Assembly: GCA_963654365.1 (NCBI GenBank)
Contig: CAVJZP010000002.1
Span: 639-64,638 of the forward strand
From: Oscillospiraceae bacterium
GTDB lineage: Bacteria; Bacillota_I; Bacilli_A; RFN20; CAG-288
Reading direction: 5' to 3'
DNA length: 64,000 bases
The notes below the pieces were generated by a model. That model worked only from the letters and a program-made list of their open reading frames with translations. It ran no database searches and was not told where the DNA came from. Positions 9,355 to 19,104 of the stretch are shown here, piece by piece (position 1 is the stretch's first letter; the number at the start of each line of letters is the position of its first letter). Position numbers and translations under genes: made by a program.

Positions 9355-9366
9355 ATTTTATCAGTT

Positions 9367-9912
9367 TCAGGCTGCCTTCTTTGCAGTGGTTTTCTTTACA
9401 GCCGTCTTCTTTGTCGTCGACTTCTTCGCTGCTGTTTTCTTTGCCGTTGTTTTTTTAGCTGGTTTTTTGACCGGTTCTTCTTCCTCGATGAGAGTAAGAG
9501 GATCATCCTGTGAGGATTCCTCATCGTCTTTCATCTTAAAATCATCACCGAAGACATCTTTCAAGGTGACTGGCTTCTTGTTGTTGACCGACTCGATGAA
9601 TTTCTCCATCTCGGTGGATTCCTCATAAGTCTTGTCGCTGAGGAAGATGAGATCCGGAGTCTTATAGATGGAAAGCTTCTTGCTTAGCATCGTTCTGATT
9701 TTGCCCTTGTTATTGTTCAGATAACGAACAACCTCATCGGTCTTATCCGGATTGATATCAGAGACATAGACCTTGCAATAGGAATAATCCACAGTCATCT
9801 TCACTTCATTGACAGAGGCGAATTTCGTAACAGGACTCTTGACTTCATAGAGAATGATCTCAGAGAGATCTTTCTGAATGACCGCCTGGACTCTACCCTT
9901 TTTGTCAGCCAT
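9367..9912 (-). CDS. rbfA: ribosome-binding factor A with a Lys/Ala/Thr-rich, histone H1-like C-terminal tail
   Basis: N-terminal RVQAVIQKDLSEII... is typical of RbfA. The last 35 aa or so are KKPAKKTTAKKTAAKKSTTKKTAVKKTTAKKAA. Overlaps infB by 8 nt. Confidence 0.8.
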   Translation of the reverse strand: MADKKGRVQAVIQKDLSEIILYEVKSPVTKFASVNEVKMTVDYSYCKVYVSDINPDKTDEVVRYLNNNKGKIRTMLSKKLSIYKTPDLIFLSDKTYEESTEMEKFIESVNNKKPVTLKDVFGDDFKMKDDEESSQDDPLTLIEEEEPVKKPAKKTTAKKTAAKKSTTKKTAVKKTTAKKAA

Positions 9913-11722
9913 TCTTGACTTCCTCCTGACCGAAGGATTCTAAAATGTCACCGACTTCAAGTTCAAACTTGTCAGAGATGGTAAGTCCGCATTCAAAGCC
10001 CATATTGACTTCCTTGGCGTCGTCCTTGAAACGCTTCAAAGAGGTAAGGTGTGTCTTTAAGACAAGTTCCTTGTTGCGGAAGACACGGATTTCGGAAGTA
10101 TTGGTGACCTTTCCGTCTGTCACATAGCAGCCGGCGATCTGACCGACCTTGCTCGCCTTGAAGAGAGAGCGGACTTCCAAGTGTCCATAGACCACTTCCT
10201 CATAGACCGGGCCTAAAGTACCCTTCATGGCAGCCTCGATATCCTCCAAAAGCTTATATATGATATTGTATTCACGGATTTCGACATGATCGTTCTTGGC
10301 CATATCGCGGATAGTGGCGCTGACTCTGACAGAGAAGGCTAAGACGATAGCGTGCGAGGCAGAGGCTAAGACCAAGTCTCCCTGAGAGACATCACCGGAG
10401 GAGCAATGAAGGATAGAGAGTTTGGCACCAGGGACTTCGATCTTTTCCAAAGAGGCCTTCAAGGCTTCCGCAGAGCCCTGGGTATCGGCTTTGACGATCA
10501 AATTGATGTTCTGGTTTTCACCATTGGCAGCAGACTGAGCAAGATCTGCCAAAGAAACACCAGTATTGTTCTTTCCGATGAGAGCCTGGGCGCGTTTGTC
10601 CGCGGCTTCTCTTGCTTCGTGTTCATCACCAAAGGCCATAAAGCGGTCACCGGCGACAGGGACACCGGAGATGCCGGTAACGGAGACAGGAGTGGAAGGG
10701 CCAGCTGCCTTCAAAGCCTTATTGAATTCGTTGGTCATCTTTCTGACTTTGCAATAGTAAGGACCGATGGCCAAGGTATCACCGACCTTCAAGGTTCCGT
10801 TCTGAACCAATAAGGTTGCCTTAGCGCCTTCCTTCTTATCGAGCTCTGCCTCGATGACAGAACCGATGGCAGGACGGTCATCCGTCGCCTTGAGTTCCAA
10901 GATCTCAGCGAGGTCAAGAATACCTTCAAGCAATGTGTCGACACCCTGATTTCTCTTAGCAGAGACCGGGAACATCATGACATCTCCGCCCCAGTCCTCA
11001 GAAAGGACACCAAGACCGGAGAGCTGCTGTTTGACTCTTTCAATCTGAGCGGCGGGCTTATCAATCTTATTGATGGCGACGATGATCGGAACATTGGCAG
11101 CCTTGGCGTGGTCAATGGCTTCGATGGTCTGTGGCTTGACACCATCATCAGCAGCGACGACAAGGACAACGATGTCCGTCATGGAAGCACCGCGGGCACG
11201 CATCGCCGTAAAGGCTTCATGGCCAGGAGTATCGATAAAGGTGATCTTCTTTCCCTGGACAACTTTCTGATAGGCGCCGATCTCCTGCGTGATGCCACCG
11301 TGTTCACCGCCGGTGATATTGGAGTGACGGATGCAGTCGATCAATGTTGTCTTACCGTGGTCAACATGGCCCATGATAGTGACAACTGGCGGTCTTGTAT
11401 CCGAATCGGTATCCTTATCAAAGATAGCAACCTTAGTGAAATCATCGACAGATCCACCCGCTTCCTTCTTGAAATCCAAACCATTGTCGATGCAGACCTC
11501 AGCGATGAGTTCATCACTTAAGACGGTATTGAGGGAAATCAGTTTTCCCTGCATCAAAAACTTCTTGATGGTATCCGTCGGAGAGATTCCGGTCTTCTTG
11601 CAAAGCTGATCCAGTGTCAGTACTCCGTTATAGACAAAGACACCGTTCTGAACCTGTCCCTGCACCTTCTTTCCAAAGGATGAATTGTTGCCGCCTCTTT
11701 TATTATTCTTAGATTTGCTCAT
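9905..11722 (-). CDS. infB: translation initiation factor IF-2 (short form, 605 aa)
   Basis: G-domain motifs [17 protein letters not shown] and NKID. RBS AAGGAGG upstream. Confidence 0.95.
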   Translation of the reverse strand: MSKSKNNKRGGNNSSFGKKVQGQVQNGVFVYNGVLTLDQLCKKTGISPTDTIKKFLMQGKLISLNTVLSDELIAEVCIDNGLDFKKEAGGSVDDFTKVAIFDKDTDSDTRPPVVTIMGHVDHGKTTLIDCIRHSNITGGEHGGITQEIGAYQKVVQGKKITFIDTPGHEAFTAMRARGASMTDIVVLVVAADDGVKPQTIEAIDHAKAANVPIIVAINKIDKPAAQIERVKQQLSGLGVLSEDWGGDVMMFPVSAKRNQGVDTLLEGILDLAEILELKATDDRPAIGSVIEAELDKKEGAKATLLVQNGTLKVGDTLAIGPYYCKVRKMTNEFNKALKAAGPSTPVSVTGISGVPVAGDRFMAFGDEHEAREAADKRAQALIGKNNTGVSLADLAQSAANGENQNINLIVKADTQGSAEALKASLEKIEVPGAKLSILHCSSGDVSQGDLVLASASHAIVLAFSVRVSATIRDMAKNDHVEIREYNIIYKLLEDIEAAMKGTLGPVYEEVVYGHLEVRSLFKASKVGQIAGCYVTDGKVTNTSEIRVFRNKELVLKTHLTSLKRFKDDAKEVNMGFECGLTISDKFELEVGDILESFGQEEVKNG

Positions 11723-12059
11723 TCTTTACCTCCTTATCGTTTTCATCTTTCATCGTCTCATACACTGCCTTAGCCAAGGAGACATCCTTGATGCCAAAGG
11801 CTTTCAGCTTTTCAAATCCTAAACACGTCTTGATATCGAAGCTTCCCTGATAACGGATGGAATGGAATATCTTGTCCTGAGAGGCAATGCGGAGAAGTTT
11901 TTCCTCATTCTTCTGAGAGCATTCCGGAAGGATGACAAGAAGGGCAATCTTAGACAAAGAGAGCATCTCTTCTAATTTCATTCCGACATAGATGCTTTTC
12001 TTCTTCTTGGCAAAGCCAAGATAGGCGGAAAGCTTATTGCTGATTTCCTCGTTTGACAT
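11709..12059 (-). CDS. ylxQ: L7Ae-family ribosome-associated protein (YlxQ-like)
   Basis: About 116 aa, in the conserved position between ylxR and infB. L7Ae-like core. Confidence 0.55.
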   Translation of the reverse strand: MSNEEISNKLSAYLGFAKKKKSIYVGMKLEEMLSLSKIALLVILPECSQKNEEKLLRIASQDKIFHSIRYQGSFDIKTCLGFEKLKAFGIKDVSLAKAVYETMKDENDKEVKNEQI

Positions 12060-12306
12060 ATTCGATCATTTCCTCCATCAACTGTGACTCATCAAAGGGC
12101 GGAAGGATCTTAGCAAGTCTTTTCTTCTGAAAAGTCTTTCTGATCTGTTCTTCGTCCTTCAGCACATAGACTCCTCTTCCTTTCCTGGCATAGGTCGAAT
12201 CGATGACGACCTTCTTGTCTTCATCTGCCACAAGGCGAAGGAGCCTCTCCCGCGGATATTTCACGCGGGAGAGGAGATCCATTCTATAGACTACAAATTC
12301 TTTCAC
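12034..12306 (-). CDS. ylxR: YlxR/DUF448 RNA-binding protein
   Basis: 90 aa with GRGVYV (matches the GRGAYL block of YlxR). Conserved position after nusA. Confidence 0.6.
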   Translation of the reverse strand: MKEFVVYRMDLLSRVKYPRERLLRLVADEDKKVVIDSTYARKGRGVYVLKDEEQIRKTFQKKRLAKILPPFDESQLMEEMIEYVKRGNQQ

Positions 12307-12311
12307 AATGT

Positions 12312-14156
12312 TTATTTTCCGGAATCATCATCGTAGTACTTATCCGAATAGTACTGATCGAGTTCCTCATCATCGTAATCGATGTTGTCATCATCTTCTT
12401 CGTTCTGCTGTTCCATCGCATCGAGTTCTTCCTGTGTGTAGATCGGCATGGCGGCAGCCTTGGAAGCCTCGGTGGCTTCATCCTTCTTGGTTTCGTCATC
12501 TTTCTTCTTTCTGCGATAGGACTTGGTTTCGCTCGGTCCCTTCTTCTGAGACATGGCGGCCTCTAAAGCATCGAGAGAGATCTTCGGCTTGTTCATGATC
12601 TCGACGTGTTCGATCTCTTCTTCCTTCTTTTCAGCCGGCTTCTCCTCAACGACAGGGGTGGCATCAGCCTTGACTTCTTCTGTCTTTTCGACAGGCTTTT
12701 CTTCCACAGCCGGCTTCTCCTCTTTCTTCTCTTCAACAGGAGCAGCAGTCTCCGGATTCATCGGCTTGACATCCTCATCGAGGACCTCTTCCAAATCAGC
12801 ATCATCGGCGATAGGCTTTTCCTCAACAGTCGGAATCGCAGCCCATTCCGGATACATCGAATCGACAAGGCGGAGAATCTCAGGAACCATGGTGTACTTC
12901 ACACCGTTCTGCATGGCATCATCGATCTGAAGGACGGTGAGCTTGCACTTGGAAAGGTGAGAGGCAAGGCGGACATTGGAACCATTGGAACCGATGGCAA
13001 CACCCTGAGCACCATTATTGACGATGACAGTGATCTGAGGATGCTCATATTCTCTGTCATTTTCGAATTCTTCATAATGGACATTCTTATCGAAGAAATC
13101 ATCCGGGCAGGTCATACCGATGACATCGGCCGGCTTCATCGCCTCCATGATCTGCATGGCCTTATTCGGATGCCATTTGCAGAAGTCGATCTTCTCGCCC
13201 TTCAAAACAGCGGAGATGCTTCTCTGACGGCTGGCCTCAGGGCCGATGCAGGTACCGATAGCATCGATAGCAGGATTGTTGGACTGGACAAAGACTTTGC
13301 ATCTTCTTCCGGCTTCACGGGCTATGCCTTTGATGGTAACGATTTTCTCTCCGACTTCGGGGATTTCTCTTTCCATGAGCTTTTCGACAAACTTGGTGCT
13401 AGTACGGTTGACATCAAGAGAGGTCGGGCTTCCGTTTTCGGAGACCTTGTCAAGATAGAACAAGACCGTATCTCCGACATCGAAATGATCGTTTGGAAGG
13501 AGCTTCTTGGAATCCTTCTTGATGAAGGCAGTTGCCTTGCCGAAGGAGAACTCATAGTTCTGGTTGTCCTTGTCGGCCTTGATGACCTTACCTTCAATGA
13601 GTTCACCCATCTGATTCTTATAAGCAGTGAGGACAGCGAGTTTGCTCGCCTCTTTCATCTTGCTGTTGAGAAGCTGCTTGACACGTCTTGTGAACCACTT
13701 GTCAAGTTTGGTGACATCGAAGGGGATTTCGACAGTTTCACCGTCTTCGGCATCCTTCTTCGTAAGGGAATAATAATCTTCCGGAGAGATCTGCCAGGCA
13801 TCGTCCTCGATCTCATCTTCGGGAGTGATGACCTTGAGGTCATAGATCTCATAGTGCTTGAAATCCTTCACGAAACGGACATCGCAGCGGATCTGTGTTT
13901 TGAGAAGTTCATTCTCTTCCTTGTTGCTCTTATCGCGGAGTTCCGGATAAGACCATTCCAAGTAGGCGGTCTTCATGCTGTCGATCAGGATGTCATAGAC
14001 CATCTGCTGATCGATCATGCTCTCTCTTGTGACATCGCCAAGAGCAGCGGCAAAAGCGTCAGAATCGACATTGCCGAACTGATCGAGCGTCTTCTTCTTC
14101 GATTTCTTTTTCTTTTTTTCGACTGTTTCTTCTAAACCGTTAAGTTCCTCAGACAT
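12312..14156 (-). CDS. nusA: transcription termination/antitermination factor NusA with a roughly 200-aa acidic low-complexity C-terminal tail
   Basis: NusA N-terminal domain, S1 domain (GELIEGKVIKADKDNQNYEFSFGK) and KH domains (AIDAIGTCIGPEASRQRSIS...GEKIDF), followed by E/K/P-rich repeats PVEEKKEEKPAVEEKPVEK... The 509-aa plus-strand ORF 12606..14135 is the antisense shadow. Confidence 0.9.
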   Translation of the reverse strand: MSEELNGLEETVEKKKKKSKKKTLDQFGNVDSDAFAAALGDVTRESMIDQQMVYDILIDSMKTAYLEWSYPELRDKSNKEENELLKTQIRCDVRFVKDFKHYEIYDLKVITPEDEIEDDAWQISPEDYYSLTKKDAEDGETVEIPFDVTKLDKWFTRRVKQLLNSKMKEASKLAVLTAYKNQMGELIEGKVIKADKDNQNYEFSFGKATAFIKKDSKKLLPNDHFDVGDTVLFYLDKVSENGSPTSLDVNRTSTKFVEKLMEREIPEVGEKIVTIKGIAREAGRRCKVFVQSNNPAIDAIGTCIGPEASRQRSISAVLKGEKIDFCKWHPNKAMQIMEAMKPADVIGMTCPDDFFDKNVHYEEFENDREYEHPQITVIVNNGAQGVAIGSNGSNVRLASHLSKCKLTVLQIDDAMQNGVKYTMVPEILRLVDSMYPEWAAIPTVEEKPIADDADLEEVLDEDVKPMNPETAAPVEEKKEEKPAVEEKPVEKTEEVKADATPVVEEKPAEKKEEEIEHVEIMNKPKISLDALEAAMSQKKGPSETKSYRRKKKDDETKKDEATEASKAAAMPIYTQEELDAMEQQNEEDDDNIDYDDEELDQYYSDKYYDDDSGK

Positions 14157-14188
14157 TTTGATTTTTCCTCCATTGATAACATCTATAT

Positions 14189-14650
14189 CTAAGCTTTATA
14201 ACCAATATGAATCGTATCGACATCGTCTGCGGAAAGGACTTCATTCTTCTTCCTTCCCTTGATGAAGTGATGCAGGTAAGCTTTGTCATCTTCGAATTTG
14301 TCTAGCTGCATCGTGATGACATCGCCTGACTTCTTCATCTTCACATCCAGCCAGCGTGAGACGAATTTCCCTAAGGAAGAGAAAGGAATCTCTCTTTCGC
14401 TTCCGCCAGAAGAGATATCGAGAAGATATCCTTCTTCTGAGTCATCGATCTCATCGAGAAGCGGATTGACCTTGTCCGTGTAAGCCTGAATCTCATCCAT
14501 TGTGATCTCAAAGTCACGGTCGATCAGGACTTCTAGAACAGCCCCCTCTTCCTTCGAGACATAGTAGTGGCAAGAGACGAGGGTAAGACCCATCTCCTCG
14601 GCGCTTTTCTGAAACATCTCCTTGGCCTTCTCTAATAGAACTTGATCCAT
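14189..14650 (-). CDS. rimP: ribosome maturation factor RimP
   Basis: First gene of the conserved nusA-infB operon. Start chosen at MDQVLLEKAKEMF (ATG 14650, RBS GGAGG); the ORF-track extension to 14752 covers the leader. Confidence 0.75.
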   Translation of the reverse strand: MDQVLLEKAKEMFQKSAEEMGLTLVSCHYYVSKEEGAVLEVLIDRDFEITMDEIQAYTDKVNPLLDEIDDSEEGYLLDISSGGSEREIPFSSLGKFVSRWLDVKMKKSGDVITMQLDKFEDDKAYLHHFIKGRKKNEVLSADDVDTIHIGYKA

Positions 14651-14756
14651 TCTAACCTCCTTATAAGAGAAAGAGTGGACCTCCAAAAGGAAGTCCACTC
14701 TTAATTTTCGATTAAGAATGTGTAGGCAAAACCTCATCAGTTTTGCTAACAAGAGA

Positions 14757-14784
14757 ATTATACCATCGATTCAAGGAAAAACAA
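14757..14784 (-). promoter_or_regulatory. candidate sigma-A promoter of the rimP-nusA-infB operon (TTGTTT-16-TATAAT), followed by a roughly 100-nt leader with two hairpins
   Basis: Minus-strand reading cacTTGTTTttccttgaatcgatggTATAATtctc. The leader contains GCAAAAC..GTTTTGC and GAGTGGAC..GTCCACTC stems. Confidence 0.4.
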
Positions 14785-14812
14785 GTGGTTTTCATCCTAT
14801 ATCTTATGAAAA

Positions 14813-15313
14813 TCACTCTTTTTCAAGAGTTTCTGTTTCTAATTGAAGGAGTCTTGTCTTCTTATCCACCCCAAAAGCATAGCCAACCATTTTTCCCTTT
14901 GCGCCGATGACTCTGTGACAAGGTACAATGATGCCAATCGGATTTTTTCCGGCTGCCTGTCCTACTGCCTGAGAAGACATCTTCTCCTTTCCATGTCTTT
15001 TGGCAAGGATCTTTGCTATTTCTCCATATGTCATGGTCTTCCCATAGGGAATGGAAAGAAGGATAGACCAGACCTCATTCTGAAAATCCGTTCCATGGAA
15101 AAAGATGGGAGGAATCGAAGTCATCACACAACCAGAAAAATAAAAATCCAGCCATCGTTTCGTCTCTTCAAAGATGGAAAGAGACTCCGTTTTTGATTTC
15201 AGATCATTATCCTCCGTTTCCCGCTTCGAAAAGGATAATCCAGTCAAGGACATCCCGTCGCTTTCCAGTACGATATCTCCCAAAGGGGAAAGATAATGGT
15301 CGATGTATTTCAT
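14813..15313 (-). CDS. ogt: methylated-DNA--protein-cysteine methyltransferase (Ogt/MGMT)
   Basis: Active-site PCHRV in the C-terminal domain. Start uncertain: MKYIDHY at 15313 is chosen, the ORF extends to 15343, and there is no clear RBS. Confidence 0.7.
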   Translation of the reverse strand: MKYIDHYLSPLGDIVLESDGMSLTGLSFSKRETEDNDLKSKTESLSIFEETKRWLDFYFSGCVMTSIPPIFFHGTDFQNEVWSILLSIPYGKTMTYGEIAKILAKRHGKEKMSSQAVGQAAGKNPIGIIVPCHRVIGAKGKMVGYAFGVDKKTRLLQLETETLEKE

Positions 15314-15516
15314 TAGGGACATATTAGCATAACAGGCAGACATATCATTTGTAAGTCATCTAGGTAACCGCTTTCAATATGAAGGACTCGATGAAAAAGA
15401 TGACATTGTCCTTGCTTTTCGGAAAGAGAAGGAGATTTTTCACAAAATTAGAATGATTATTTAAAGTAAATAATATAAAATATTTAAGTTTCTTTAAATA
15501 TTATCAGTGAGGTTAT

Positions 15517-17361
15517 ATGCTAAACAAAACAAGCGACGCTTACAAAAAGCACATCCCGGCCCTCATATTAGGACCATCTCTGAAGATGATCGAAGCCATC
15601 TTCGATCTTCTCATTCCGCTCTTCATGAAGGCCATCATCGACATGTCGAAGAATGTCTCTTCCTCTCTCGATCCTCTGACCAACATGAATGCCATCAACA
15701 GGGGAATATCCAAGTTCATACTTCTGTTTGGAACATGGATTGACGGAAATCCTTCCCTGAACTACGCCATCATCGGCGGAACTATCATCCTTATCATGGG
15801 TGTTTTAGGTTTTGCTACGACGATGGTCACACAGTATGTCGCAGCGAGAACCGCTGTCGCAGTCGGAACCGACTTAAGAGACTCCATCTATCAGAAGATT
15901 CTCTCCCTTTCCAAAAAGGACAGAGAGAAGTTAGGAAACAACCGACTCTTAACCATCCTGAACGCTGACTCCTATCAAGTTCAGCAGGGCGTTCTCATCT
16001 TCATCCGTCTCATCGTCCGCGCTCCGTTCATCATCCTTGGAGCACTCGTCATCTCCATCATTCTCGACTGGAAGATCGGTCTTGTCTTTTTGGCAATCAT
16101 CCCTCTGATCCTCTTTGTCATCTTCTTCATCATGGGAAAATCCAGCAAGGAATACCTCACCATCCAAGAAAAGCTCGATACCCTCTCCAACAAGTCCTCT
16201 GACACCTTAGACGGTGCCAAGGTCATCCGTGCCTTCAACTCCGAAAAGATGGAAGATGATGACTTCTCCTCGAAGGCAGAGGATTACAGAAAATCCGCGA
16301 CCCACGTCCAGAAGCTCAACGCTCTCATCAACCCGCTCACCTTCGCTATCATCGCCTTGGCCACTTCGATGGTTGTCGTTCTCGGCGGACTTCCGATCCT
16401 CTCCTGCAATGATTCCATCGTTGCCAGCCAGACCTCTTCGACAATCATCACGGAAGTTGCCTATCTCGCCCAGATCTTCACAACGCTCGTTCAGTTGACT
16501 AATGTCGTCATGATCCTAACCAAGAGCGGCGTCTCCACCAAGCGCATCGACTCTGTCCTCTCGATTACTCCTTCCATCCAGGATAGCAAGGATGCTATCA
16601 CAAAGACCATTGCTCAAGGAGTGGAAATTTTCTCCTTTGACCATGTAAGCCTAGGCTATAAGGATGAAGGCAACCTTGCTCTTCAGGATATCGATTTCTC
16701 TTTGAAGAAGGGAGAATCCTTAGGCATCATCGGCGGTACCGGAAGCGGAAAATCCACTCTGATCAACCTGATGGAGAGATTTTTAGACGCCAGTGAGGGA
16801 AAAGTCACCTACAAAGGAGAAGACATCAAAGACTATTCTCTTTCCCATCTCAGAGAGGAGATTGCTCTTGTCCCTCAGAAATCCGTCCTTTTCAAAGGTA
16901 CGATCCGCTCCAATATGCAGATGGCAAATGCCTCCTGCACGGAGGAAGAGATCACCGAAAGCCTGAAAAATGCAATGGCGTATGAGTTCGTCAGCAAATA
17001 TCCGGAATATATCGATTACGGAGTCGAGGAAGGCGGAAAGAACTTCTCCGGCGGACAGAGACAGAGACTCTGCATCGCAAGAGCCTTAGTCAAGCATCCG
17101 GAAGTGATCATCATGGATGATTCCACCTCCGCTTTGGACTTGTTGACCGACAAGACGGTCCGAAGCAATATCCACAACCATTACGAAGGCATCACCAAAG
17201 TCATCGTCTCCCAGCGTGTCTCTACGGTCTCTGACTGTGACTTGATCCTTGTCCTAGAAGGCGGAAAACTGATTGGAAAGGGAACCCACGAAGACCTGAT
17301 GGCAAATTGCTCGGTCTACCGTGAGACCTACGAAAGTCAGACCAGAAAGGAGAACGACTGA
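15517..17361 (+). CDS. ABC exporter subunit (fused permease plus ATPase), first half of a heterodimeric pair
   Basis: Six-TM N-terminal domain, then Walker A GGTGSGKST, signature FSGGQRQR and Walker B IIMDDSTSALD. Confidence 0.85.
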   Translation: MLNKTSDAYKKHIPALILGPSLKMIEAIFDLLIPLFMKAIIDMSKNVSSSLDPLTNMNAINRGISKFILLFGTWIDGNPSLNYAIIGGTIILIMGVLGFATTMVTQYVAARTAVAVGTDLRDSIYQKILSLSKKDREKLGNNRLLTILNADSYQVQQGVLIFIRLIVRAPFIILGALVISIILDWKIGLVFLAIIPLILFVIFFIMGKSSKEYLTIQEKLDTLSNKSSDTLDGAKVIRAFNSEKMEDDDFSSKAEDYRKSATHVQKLNALINPLTFAIIALATSMVVVLGGLPILSCNDSIVASQTSSTIITEVAYLAQIFTTLVQLTNVVMILTKSGVSTKRIDSVLSITPSIQDSKDAITKTIAQGVEIFSFDHVSLGYKDEGNLALQDIDFSLKKGESLGIIGGTGSGKSTLINLMERFLDASEGKVTYKGEDIKDYSLSHLREEIALVPQKSVLFKGTIRSNMQMANASCTEEEITESLKNAMAYEFVSKYPEYIDYGVEEGGKNFSGGQRQRLCIARALVKHPEVIIMDDSTSALDLLTDKTVRSNIHNHYEGITKVIVSQRVSTVSDCDLILVLEGGKLIGKGTHEDLMANCSVYRETYESQTRKEND

Positions 17362-17362
17362 T

Positions 17363-19090
17363 ATGGATTACAAAAAGCGTTTCTTCTCTTATCTGCTCCC
17401 GCAGAAGAAGCTGATCGTCCGCGTCGCCCTCTTTGTCCTTCTTTTCCTCATCGCTCAGCTCTCACAGCCTTTCTTAGTCGGAAAGGCACTCAATGCCGCT
17501 TTAGATGGAAAGCAGCAGGTCTTCCTCATCATCATCGTCTGCTGCTTTGTCCTTTCCCTGATCGGCGCTGTTGCTGATTTCATCTTCGAATACAGCGTTG
17601 GCATCATGACGCAGAAAGTCATCTACGAGATCAGAAAAGACGTCTATCAGAAATTCAATTTGGTCTCTGTTGAAACCATCTTCAAAGAGAAGCACGGAGA
17701 TCTCGTTCAGTTGGAGATCGGCGATGTCGAGAATGTCGCCAACGGTCTCTTCTCCGTCTTCAAATCCTTGATTGAGGGTGCGTTGTCGATCCTTATCACC
17801 ATCATCATGATGTTCACCGTCAACTGGATTCTCGCTCTTGGCGTCATCCTCCTCTCTCCACTTTCTGTCCTCATGTCGAGATTCGTTGCAAAATTCTCCC
17901 ATAAATACTTCAAGAAGCAGGCAAAGCTTCAGTCTGATCTCAACAGCATCTCCTTAGAGGCGATCGACAATATCGACTGCTTGCAGTCTCTGAACTATCA
18001 GAATCGTTCCTTAGTCTCCTTCAAGAATCAGGATGAGGAGTTAAGGAAGGAAGGAAAGATTGCACAGTTCTCGGCTTCCTGGACCAATCCGACCACAAGA
18101 CTTGTCAACAATACGATCTATGCGATCATCGGAATCTCTGGCATCATCATGATTCCGTATACGAGTGTGTTAAGTGCCTATCATGCCGCTATGACAATTG
18201 GTTCCTTGTCCTCCTTCCTAAGCTACACCACTCAGTACACCAAGCCGTTCAACGAGATCAGCTCTGTCTTAAGCGAATATGAAAGTGCCGTCTTCTCCTT
18301 CAAGAGAATCGATGCCTTCCTGAACAAGAAGGATGATATCGACGAAGGAACAGAGGATGTCAGCAATATCGAGAATATCCAGTTCAAGGATATGTACTTC
18401 AGTTACGAGAAAGATCAGAAACTCATCGAGAACTTCAACGAGACCGTCCACAAAGGTGAAAAGGTTGCCATCGTCGGTCCGACCGGCGCTGGAAAATCCA
18501 CTCTGATCAATGTGCTGATGCGCTTCTATGATCCGACCGGAGGAGCGATTCTCTATAACGGAAAAGACGGAACCACCATCAAAAAGTCCGCTTTGAGAAA
18601 GAACTTCGGCATGGTCCTTCAGGAGACCTGGATCTTCACGGGAACCATCATGGACAATGTCCGCTACGCTAAGCCACAGGCAACGGATGAGGAAGTCATC
18701 ACAGCCTGCAAAAAAGCGCATGCCGATACTTTCATCAATACGCTTCCGGATGGCTATCATACCAGAGTCAGCGCGAAACAGGGACTCAGCGAAGGCGAAA
18801 GACAGATGCTCACCATCGCAAGAGTCATGCTTCTCGAACCGGATATCGTCATCCTCGATGAAGCGACCAGCAATGTCGATACCAGAACAGAAAAACTCAT
18901 CACCGACGCCTTTGACCGGCTTTTGGAGAACAAGACATCCATCGTCATCGCACACCGTTTATCCACCATCCGCAACTCTGACCTCATCCTCGTCTTGAAA
19001 GACGGACACATCATCGAACAAGGAAACCACAATGCATTGATGCAGAAACAGGGCTTCTATTACTCCATGTATGCATCCCAGTTCAAATAA
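17363..19090 (+). CDS. ABC exporter subunit (fused permease plus ATPase), second half
   Basis: Walker A GPTGAGKST, signature LSEGERQM, Walker B ILDEATSNVD. Start at ATG 17363, 1 nt after the partner's stop (RBS AGGAGA). Confidence 0.85.
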   Translation: MDYKKRFFSYLLPQKKLIVRVALFVLLFLIAQLSQPFLVGKALNAALDGKQQVFLIIIVCCFVLSLIGAVADFIFEYSVGIMTQKVIYEIRKDVYQKFNLVSVETIFKEKHGDLVQLEIGDVENVANGLFSVFKSLIEGALSILITIIMMFTVNWILALGVILLSPLSVLMSRFVAKFSHKYFKKQAKLQSDLNSISLEAIDNIDCLQSLNYQNRSLVSFKNQDEELRKEGKIAQFSASWTNPTTRLVNNTIYAIIGISGIIMIPYTSVLSAYHAAMTIGSLSSFLSYTTQYTKPFNEISSVLSEYESAVFSFKRIDAFLNKKDDIDEGTEDVSNIENIQFKDMYFSYEKDQKLIENFNETVHKGEKVAIVGPTGAGKSTLINVLMRFYDPTGGAILYNGKDGTTIKKSALRKNFGMVLQETWIFTGTIMDNVRYAKPQATDEEVITACKKAHADTFINTLPDGYHTRVSAKQGLSEGERQMLTIARVMLLEPDIVILDEATSNVDTRTEKLITDAFDRLLENKTSIVIAHRLSTIRNSDLILVLKDGHIIEQGNHNALMQKQGFYYSMYASQFK

Positions 19091-19104
19091 CAAGGAGATA
19101 CGAT

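Noticed and set aside
12606-14135. 509-aa plus-strand ORF
   Set aside because: It is exactly antisense to nusA, whose product has clear S1/KH motifs and a conserved operon context. The long open antisense frame comes from the codon bias of an acidic, GAA/GAG-rich gene.
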